This document shows positions 55,601 through 64,000 of a DNA stretch of 64,000 bases, in pieces (position 1 is the first letter of the stretch; the number at the start of each line of letters is the position of its first letter). The notes below the pieces were generated by a model. It made no database searches. It had not been told where the DNA came from and was given only the letters and a program-made list of their open reading frames with translations. The DNA is from Setoptus koraiensis (Eukaryota; Animalia; Arthropoda): contig CM106585.1 of NCBI GenBank assembly GCA_048013815.1, forward strand, positions 3,286,001 through 3,350,000, read 5' to 3'. A program made the translations under genes and the position numbers.

Positions 55601-57880
55601 TGCAATTTAGCCAGTGGTCAAGAAAGGAAATCTGTGATTCAAATTGATCTAGTTCATGGTCACATTAACATATTGTTGTGTAACTAACTGTGCTGTTGAT
55701 AACCAAAGTGACCTCAACAACAACGGCAACAGCAACAGCAGAAACAACAACAACTGGCCACTGCCTTGATTGATGATGGACATTATGTATCAACATGTGA
55801 ATGATATTGATTGATATCATTTTATTCTGAATAAAATTCAAAGGAAAACCTTTTTAATCGTTTCTATTACCATGGCCACGATATCAAAAGTTGTAAATTT
55901 TGGCGATCCATTGAATTTGTTTGCGCTGTTGTAGAGACGATTGTTGCTAACAGTAAACAATGACTGCGACAGCGCCCACTATTGGCATTCTGAATGGTTT
56001 CATTGATTACCGTCTAGACGGTTCCATTAAATTCAATGTCAGCCATCGTTTATATAATTAAAATCGCGCTAATGATTGCGCGACGGCCATTGTAGGGCAA
56101 TTTTCATAAATTATAACGGCATCGGCAGCCCCAGTTATAGTTGTGGCTAATCGATTTTCAGTTGATGTCATCATCAAGATATCAACATATTATAATATCT
56201 GTTAATTGCGCTAAACGGATTTCCATTCAGCTCCCTTGTAGTGCGTTTCTCTCTTTATCAGACATTGATGGCTGCCGAGCCAACAAAGCGGTTATTGATA
56301 CATTTGTATTGGGAAATACGATATTCAGGAGAATGAGAGCAATAATAGAATGTAATCGACGAGCTTGCTAAAACGAAATGGGATCACTGAGTGCCAGCAA
56401 TAAACAAATGCCAGCTGAATGTGAATTGAAAGATTAAAAGTTGCCTGGCAAAAGAAACAAAACAAACGGCGAAAGAAACAAAACGAACGGCCAAAGTGAT
56501 TCGGAGACTGTTCGTCATTACTTATAGGGTCAAGGAAGTTGTTGCCTGTTGCCTACTTCAATAACAAACAATCCAGCGTCTACCTACTCTTTTCAATTAT
56601 CACACAAGGCTCTCGAAATGGATCCTGGGCCCAATAGAGTAAACTTTCTCTTTCGTTCTCAATCCGCTCGCTCGTTAACATTATCACACAATTAGCTTGG
56701 TGAAACTAAATCACTACCGATTCATGTCAAGCTCTGGCTCGTCTATGTTGCGGCTATGTGCTGCTGGCCGGCCAACGAGTATCGACACAGTCCATTCATC
56801 AGCCTCATCAGGCCCACCCATTATAACCTCTCCAAATCTGTCCATCTCTGGCCTATGTTTGCCGTTGTTGTTAAATAGGCGTCCGTTTAATAGGTATGGC
56901 ATACACATACACAATCGATTGCAAGTATCAAGACGACGAAGAGACGGCAATAGTTCACCTTTTTTTAATTCCTGTTAGTATCGTTATCATCGTCCTAGCT
57001 TGCTATATCTTCTTCGCTTCATGATAACACTACCAGTTGTGTATTCCACTTGTTAATTTACAGTACAGCGCCGACGTTTATGTCAGTGCCATATGTATGG
57101 AAACCTGCACAATTTAGAGTCTAAGCAAACAAGCTACATCAACAAGTTACTGAATACCATCACAACTATGCCACTATACAGCTAGACTGTGTGTGAGTGT
57201 GTGTGTCAGCTTAATATAATCGTCACAAAAGCTTGTAGAAATTATTAATGAGAAATGTTATTGAATTTTAGCTTGAGGTTATCAACTCCGCACACAAAAG
57301 TTGTTGTCCGTACCGTTTTATTAGTAATAACAGTATTACTAATAATAACAGGTGAGTCACACACAATTTCATAAAACCAGACACTCAGATCACCTTGTTT
57401 GCTTAGGCGCTCTCATGGCGCCTTTACTGCAATTTCCCCGCCATCGACTCATCCGTTAGTTTGTTGGCTCAACCATTGTGGTCAAGACAGCCGTTTTATC
57501 TGCATCGAGGAAATGCTAGTGCAGATAGAAACGAATACTAATAAGCAGCGAAAGTTTGAACCGGCAACAAACTCATCACATTCCACCCGCATCAATTCTA
57601 GTCTTGTCTCTCCCAAAGAGACTGCCTCTCATTACTCACTCTCTCCTACTGTCTCATTTTTTAACAATCCGACATTTCGAAGCGGCGAACGAAGCGGCTA
57701 TAACGCACACTAATCAGTGGAAGAGAACTCATGTTACTCGTTCGGAGAGGGAGAGATAGAGAAACAGTCTAGAACAACATTTATAGATGATTTGCAAAGA
57801 ATCAAAGAAAAACGGGTTATATTATAATATAAATTCATACATTTATTTTCTATTACTTTTGATTTTTATCAATTACAAGC

Positions 57881-59284
57881 TCATTCCTTAGCCACTGTAT
57901 TTGAACTCGTCTCGCTAACAGCTTCTGACACACGCCTCGATCTGGGTGCTGACGCCGGTTTGTCTGATTGGTCTGGCTGATTCTGATCCAAGTTAATAGC
58001 ATTCAATTTTGATTCAATTTCATTTAGTCGTTTGGTTGTGTCAACAGGTTGAGCCTCGCCAAAGATGGCCGGATTCCTCGTTGCCGACTCGGGCTCTAAT
58101 GGCTTAGTACGCGGTTGCAGATTTAAAATAGGTCTCCGCGGAGGTTCGGTTCTTCTTAGTAAAGGTTCTGAATTTGGACCATCCAAAAGAGGGCGATTTT
58201 GTGATGAGGATTGTGGAGTGATGGAGCGTGGATCATGTATGTTCTTCGTTTCATTTGATGCTATTGATTGCACAGACTCCGTTGGTGCATAGTGTGAATC
58301 AGATGGTCCACCATTGTTATGGTTATCTCGCTCCATTCTGGAGACTGGATAGTTGATTGGACGTGCTTCGCGCCTGACATTAGCAAAATCACGCTCTGGT
58401 TGGCGGTCGTGTTGCTGCATCATTCTATGCCTACTAAATCTATCATCACCACCGCGATCACTAAAAGAGTCCCTAATATTATTTGATGGGACACCGGGTC
58501 TTTCAGGATATGAAGAGCGACCCTCGTATTTGTTACGATTTTCAGGATCATAACTTCGTCTAGAGCCATATTGTGAACGCTGACCACCCATTCTACTATC
58601 ATTACTATACATTTGAGTTGGAGGCGCCGGCCTTTGTGCTGAGCGCCAGTCAGAGTCTGTCCTATCTGGTTCATCTGTGCCGCCAAAGCCTCCTGTAGCA
58701 TTCTTATCTCTAAATCCTGACCTTTCGCCAGTTCTATTACCATAACGATCGCCATAACCGCCTTGTCTGCCATGATAACCGCCAGAGTTTCCATAGTTTT
58801 GACCGTATAATGTCACAGTGACTTCTTTGCCTTTTAATGTAGAACCAGACTTACAAAGTGCCTCATAAAGATCATGGCCGGTTTCTAATTCTACTGTTAT
58901 GGAGGCACGTTCGAATGCAATACCACCTGGCCTAACATTGATGCCTTTGAAAAATCTGTCTATAATATCTTGCTCAGATATGCCGAAAGGTATATTAGAT
59001 AATGTTACTTTAAATGGTGGCTCCTTTGGCAATGAATCTAAATCTATGCTAGGGCCAAGATGTGATTTGGGCGCTTGAGGCAAAAAGACCTGCTTCTCTT
59101 GTGCAATGCTGTCATGCTCTGCCATTGTGGCAGCCCAATCCAAGCCGGATAAACTGGGTTGTACCGGTATGTTAACAATAGTGTGTCCAATGGGTACATG
59201 AACTTGATTGAATTCCTCCAAAGTTATTTTGGTAGTTTCCTTCGTTTTCTTCTTTCCTTTTCCTGTCTTAGATGCAGCACTCAT
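57881..59284 (-). CDS. EIF4B: Eukaryotic translation initiation factor 4B, intronless, 467 aa
   Basis: LDWAA, LP.AP....P.IDLD.LPKEPPF before an RRM, DRYG-rich segment, RPILNLQPRTKPLE, NPAIFGEAQPVDT. Confidence 0.88.
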   Translation of the reverse strand: MSAASKTGKGKKKTKETTKITLEEFNQVHVPIGHTIVNIPVQPSLSGLDWAATMAEHDSIAQEKQVFLPQAPKSHLGPSIDLDSLPKEPPFKVTLSNIPFGISEQDIIDRFFKGINVRPGGIAFERASITVELETGHDLYEALCKSGSTLKGKEVTVTLYGQNYGNSGGYHGRQGGYGDRYGNRTGERSGFRDKNATGGFGGTDEPDRTDSDWRSAQRPAPPTQMYSNDSRMGGQRSQYGSRRSYDPENRNKYEGRSSYPERPGVPSNNIRDSFSDRGGDDRFSRHRMMQQHDRQPERDFANVRREARPINYPVSRMERDNHNNGGPSDSHYAPTESVQSIASNETKNIHDPRSITPQSSSQNRPLLDGPNSEPLLRRTEPPRRPILNLQPRTKPLEPESATRNPAIFGEAQPVDTTKRLNEIESKLNAINLDQNQPDQSDKPASAPRSRRVSEAVSETSSNTVAKE

Positions 59285-59578
59285 CTTGCTAGCGTTTGAT
59301 GGTGGTGATTATATATTAATGTAAGTTATCAATATAATAATAATAGTAATAATAATGTTAGTAATTGGATTATTAAATAGTTGAATAATTGAAGAATATA
59401 TTTCATATAATATATATTTTGTTTTCTTTCGTCACTTGGTCTATTACTCTTTCGATCTCTTGTTTCTCTTTATTTCTCTCTCTCTCTCTCTCGCTCTTTC
59501 TGTCTCGCTCGGCTCAACATTTGCTCACTAATATCACATAATATAGGGTGGTCCAGACAACTAGGCGAGCTACAAATC

Positions 59579-60251
59579 ACATTGTGCCGCTCACTAGCAC
59601 AGAACATGCGATTGTGCGCTAGATGCCGCGTTGTTGCAGCGTGTGCTGCGAGCGCAATCAGAAAACATTTCGCCTACAATACACACTATGGCTTTGCTCA
59701 CTGTTTACTTGCGCACACCCTGTGCATGGCCGGACTTCACAGAGCGTCCCAGCCAATGCATTGTCGAATCCAGTCCCGCATCAACAGTGCAAATGGACCA
59801 AGTTGTTTCTCTCACCCTATACGCTGACACACGAACACACTCGCTAGCCGCTAGTAGTCATACAACAGTGTGCTCCACGCAGTATGTGCGTGAGTCAGTT
59901 TGTGTGTGTGTGTGTGTGCGCATCTGCGTCTGTCGGTTCTTCCGTCTGTCTCTCTTCATCATAAACTATACCACATTTGTCAGTCTGCCATGAGCATGTA
60001 TGTGCGTCTGTGGCTCTCCTCTCATGTGCTTCAGCAACATGAACCCAATGTGCGTAGGGTTTTTCCAAAAGTAGTTTCAAATTATTCCGCTTGGGTCACT
60101 TTAGTCTCACTGTAGCCGCACCATACTACGGATTAGGCATTGCGAGCGCCTCTCGCGCTCATTTGCCAAACCCAAAATGAGTGGAGCGGACAAACCTCAC
60201 ATGGTGTAGTGATTGTCGCGAGAGACCAAATAGCGCACTATTTAAATATTT
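59579..60251. repeat. Dispersed non-coding element, copy A (upstream of EIF4B)
   Basis: Six collinear blocks shared with 62287-62637, including identical 20-mers at 59933/62560 and 60232/62618. Confidence 0.75.
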
Positions 60252-60547
60252 CTAATAAGGATTTGGTCTGTCCGGAGATGCAGAACAATAACAAAAATTG
60301 CGGTCTCTAAACACGTGTTTCATTCGTTTAAATCTTCATTATCTGTTTCCAAGGACGAGTCTCACAAATTTTATACAACCTTCCTGAGTTGAATGACAAA
60401 CATTCCAACACATTTAGGGCGGGAGTTGTTCAGGGAAAATCAGAGAGATAAGGTTGGTCCAGGCTCACATGAGGTAGTAGCACATTGTGACAAACAATAA
60501 AATTGACACCTCGTGCCAGCGACTGCCTCGGACTCGAAATTTCCAAG

Positions 60548-61540
60548 ATGACTTCGCTACAGAGGCAACTGGAATCACTCAAGGCGCCTCAAACAGACGA
60601 ATATGAATATAGCCACAAGGAAAGCTTCCTCTACAATAGACAGGATGCTGCAGCCATCAATTGTGAAACTCATTGGCGTATCGCCAACAAGGGCTTGGAG
60701 AAATTAGTAGAATTGGATGACAATCTTTCGGAGTATCTGGATTTATTTGATGAAGATTCAAGAACCATTGAACGAGCCATCATGACAGAGGAACAGAATA
60801 GTCAGCTATCTACAAGACTAAGGAAGTTCATAAACAATACAATCGTGCCCTTCTTCATGTTAAGTGCATGCCACGAGACACTTGAGTATTTAGTGTACAA
60901 ATACAAAATCAACACCTACCAGCCCGATGATTTACTTGCAGCACTGTTACTTTATCACGATACTAGGCTATTTGCAAGAGCATTACAAATGGTACCAAAC
61001 TTGGACAAGAAAAAAGGTCTATGGAGTTGGTTGGCTTGTTATCAGAAGGAAGGTTTGCCAGTGCCCAAAGACAAGGTAGTCGGTATACTAACAAACAGTT
61101 CTGCTCTTTTGTCATTCTTGGGCGACAAGTTGATAGAAATCAACCGTGATTGCAAGCACAATGCAACGAAATATTGCTCGTTCTTTTCCACACTCGCCAT
61201 GGCCACGTTACAGAGGAATCAATCGGACCAATTTCTAGCAATTTTGTATCCCCACCTCCACAAGGCCTTGCACAAGGCTTACTCAATTGATCTGTACATG
61301 GTAGGCTTGGCGACATCTGTATATTTGGTTCACGAGATACTAGTTGAGGACGACTTTTTAGTTAGTTTAGAGAAAACTATAACCAAAACTCATGAAAAAT
61401 TGTTATTAAAATTTCCGGAACAAAAAGACTATTTAGATCAAGTCTACAACAATGCCAGAGAGGTGATGTCGGCCAAGAGATCCTCAGTGATGATAAGCCC
61501 GGCGGGATCGGATGACCAAATTGTGAAAATGGAACATTAA
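60548..61540 (+). CDS. HEATR1: HEATR1/UTP10 N-terminal homolog, only 330 aa
   Basis: MTSLQRQLESLKAPQ, SFLYNRQDAAAI, FFMLSACHETLEYLVYKYKI, LLYHDTRLFARALQ match the UTP10 N-terminus. Stop at 61540, AATAAA at 61560. Confidence 0.8.
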   Translation: MTSLQRQLESLKAPQTDEYEYSHKESFLYNRQDAAAINCETHWRIANKGLEKLVELDDNLSEYLDLFDEDSRTIERAIMTEEQNSQLSTRLRKFINNTIVPFFMLSACHETLEYLVYKYKINTYQPDDLLAALLLYHDTRLFARALQMVPNLDKKKGLWSWLACYQKEGLPVPKDKVVGILTNSSALLSFLGDKLIEINRDCKHNATKYCSFFSTLAMATLQRNQSDQFLAILYPHLHKALHKAYSIDLYMVGLATSVYLVHEILVEDDFLVSLEKTITKTHEKLLLKFPEQKDYLDQVYNNAREVMSAKRSSVMISPAGSDDQIVKMEH

Positions 61541-61624
61541 CTAATTGCAATCTACCAATAATAAAATTACTAGCAACAAAGACGGTGTAATACGCTTTAG
61601 AGCTTTATTTGTAATATTATTCGT

Positions 61625-62080
61625 CTACAGTCTACGACCACGTCTACCTCCCTTCCTTCTTGTTTGGTCAGATGGTATTGGAGTCACATCTTCAATTCTA
61701 CCTATTTTCATACCTGATCTAGCAAGGGCTCTTAGCGCACTCTGAGCTCCTGGTCCCGGTGTCTTTGTCTTCGTACCTCCTGTAGCCCTCAATTTGATAT
61801 GCAAAGCATTGATTCCTAGTACCTTGCATCTTTCGGCAACATCTTGAGCAGCCAACATAGCGGCGTAAGGTGAAGCTTCATCACGATCAGATTTAACTTT
61901 CATACCACCAGTTACACGGCAGAGGGTTTCTCTTCCAGACATATCGGTAACGTGAACGAATGTGTCGTTGAAGCTAGCATAAATATGAGCGACACCAAAG
62001 ACATTTTCGCCCTCCTGAGCTTGTGGTCCTAGTTGAACAACTGGTGCATCCTCTGTTTTCTTTCCCTTTCTTGGAGCCAT
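61625..62080 (-). CDS. RPS14: 40S ribosomal protein S14 (uS11), intronless, 151 aa
   Basis: [64 protein letters not shown]. Confidence 0.99.
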   Translation of the reverse strand: MAPRKGKKTEDAPVVQLGPQAQEGENVFGVAHIYASFNDTFVHVTDMSGRETLCRVTGGMKVKSDRDEASPYAAMLAAQDVAERCKVLGINALHIKLRATGGTKTKTPGPGAQSALRALARSGMKIGRIEDVTPIPSDQTRRKGGRRGRRL

Positions 62081-62286
62081 TATTCCAAAGTTTTGATGGA
62101 GATTGAATTATCTTGTGTTGCCAATACAATTTTATCAATTGTAATTAAATTATTTAATAGAAGAAGTATGTATTGTATGCAATAATACAAGTCGATTGGG
62201 TTCACCACTCGATCTATCTATCTCACTCTAGCCAGCATTCGCTCACTCAAATGCAGGGTGGTTCATGAAACAAGGCAAGCAACGAA

Positions 62287-62637
62287 CACATTGTGCAGCA
62301 CACGAGCACAGAACATGCAACCGTGCACCCGGTGCAGTTGATCGCTGCAGGATGGGCGCGCACCTCTCAACTAAGCAGATTCGAGCTGACTCTAGCCGTG
62401 CTCACTCTTTACTGGTGCACACCCTGTGCCTGCACCGACTCCACAATGAATTGTCGAAGCCGGTTTTGATACAATAGTACACTGAACTAAGTTGATTGTG
62501 ACACCTTGTACGCCGATACACCACAGCAGTGTGCTCCATACAGTGAGTGTGTGCGGCAATCGGTTCTTCCGTCTGTCTCATTCCAATACCGTAATGACCA
62601 TACTGCGTTCACGAGAAAGCGCACTATTTAAATATTT
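62287..62637. repeat. Dispersed non-coding element, copy B (upstream of RPS14)
   Basis: Collinear paralog of 59579-60251. Confidence 0.75.
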
Positions 62638-64000
62638 TTTTGCAGGCTGCAGGAACTCGATTTTTCCCTAACTGCAGGACTCCATGACAGAATCTGTAGC
62701 TTCGCACCAAGTTTCTGCCGTACAATGTATCACTATCCAAATTATCTCTTCGAAGTTTGCAAGGGGACAATCCGACAAAAAAAAACTTTGTGGGTCCGTT
62801 CAGCGAAGTTGTTTTCAGTCTCTACTCTCATGGATGTTACTCTTCGCCCTAATTGAGAGTTCATGCAGAATAAATTATCATGACAGATGGGTCGCTGGGG
62901 TGCTAAAACAAAAAGCCCGACTGGTATGCATGATCGGTAGCGATGGTTTGCATACAGGTCTAACCAGACTCGACTGGTCGACCCGGTTCACTTTCCATTA
63001 ATCATTCAGGCGGTTGCACTCAACAGATTTGCAGGCGTTGAACGGCATGCAAGGCCTATTGATTAGGAGCTTCTATTTGTAAGATCGGAACTATGTATGT
63101 GAGCGTTTATTCTATATATGTGTGGCACTGACTGTAAGGGTTACTATGGGCAAATTTCAAGAGACCTTCACCCATAAGCAATAAAACAGCAACAAAATGT
63201 GCAACCACTACCTCTTTGCACTCTGTTTACTTAAGATATACAAGCAAACAGAGTAAACGTCTGAGACCGATGACTATCGGTGTCTTCGATCTCACACAGC
63301 TAAATTGATAGAGTTAACGTTGGAAAGTCAATACACATATTGGACGTGATATAGATGTTGTAAATTCATAGGCACGATACGACCAGAATATTTCACAACC
63401 GAGCTTGGCGATATAACGTGACACTGTTGCAATCTCATTCTGGGACACATAAGGTATGTATGTACCTCGATAGTAGAACGTGATTATGAAGATTGCAAGT
63501 GTTTCGAAAGTGAATCCACCAGTGAAAAAGTTTCGTGCCACAAAATCTACTTAAAGTTCCACCAGGAGCGCTGACGGCGAGTTGCAAATGCACAAGCAAG
63601 CCAGGAGTGTTCCATTAGAGATTTACGGTTTTTTTTCTCTAATTGATACCTTTTTGGTGCATCGCGCTTTGGGCATACACGCGATTCTCGCCACGAGAGG
63701 TGCGCTGCTTGTTGCTTGATTCATCATCCTGCAAACAGTCAGTACATCGTGTAGTAATCATTTAGATACATTGAGAGATGCAATGCTAACCACTTACATA
63801 ATAAAAGTTATGTATTGCATGCGAAAATCCATTTAGCGCCGCCCTGGCGGATTTTATTCGCACTGAATGTGTCAGCATTAGAAAAAGCGCACACAGCGAA
63901 ACTGTGACAGTATGTGGGTACAGAAAGAACAATCTAATTGTGTTTACTACGATTCAATGACAGCCCTAGCTATCTCTGTGTGTGTAGAGAGAATGTATGT

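Noticed and set aside
53618-56950. Possible exons at 53618-53939 and 56714-56950
   Set aside because: Plausible splice signals around 56.72-56.86 kb, but no recognisable protein and no consistent gene model.
59579-62637. Shared element as a tRNA-derived SINE or a C/D or H/ACA snoRNA
   Set aside because: The TTCGA segment does not fit the B-box consensus, and no C/D boxes or conserved ANANNA hinge were found. Left unclassified.

Overview
Eukaryotic (arthropod, probably a compact-genome mite; inference) DNA with one 500-N gap at 16933-17432. (1) Positions 1-6376 hold a giant single-exon minus-strand ORF of at least 2125 codons that runs off the left edge and is absent from the ORF track. It has a signal-like N-terminus, several R-x-K/R-R sites, Gly/Ser silk-like repeats and a repeated ~67-aa module. 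(2) Positions 8.3-16.9 kb form a mobile-element island: a Myb/SANT remnant, a 3' LTR with polypurine tract and an orphan Cys-rich ORF, a truncated Ty1/copia with a half-tRNA-type PBS, a chromodomain-only ORF, a 157-bp palindrome-rich tandem array ending in a hairpin plus CTAG, a small membrane-anchored ORF, a 131-bp palindrome flanked by opposed 16-bp repeats, a damaged hAT transposase and a Y-shaped hairpin. (3) Host genes follow: 5-exon makorin, a degenerate SMYD-like gene, a mucin/cuticle-like gene, two large low-complexity membrane proteins, NCoR/SMRT, and intronless NDUFS1, IMP4, eIF4B and RPS14. A HEATR1/UTP10 homolog is cut to ~330 aa. All calls come from manual motif recognition; no database searches were run.
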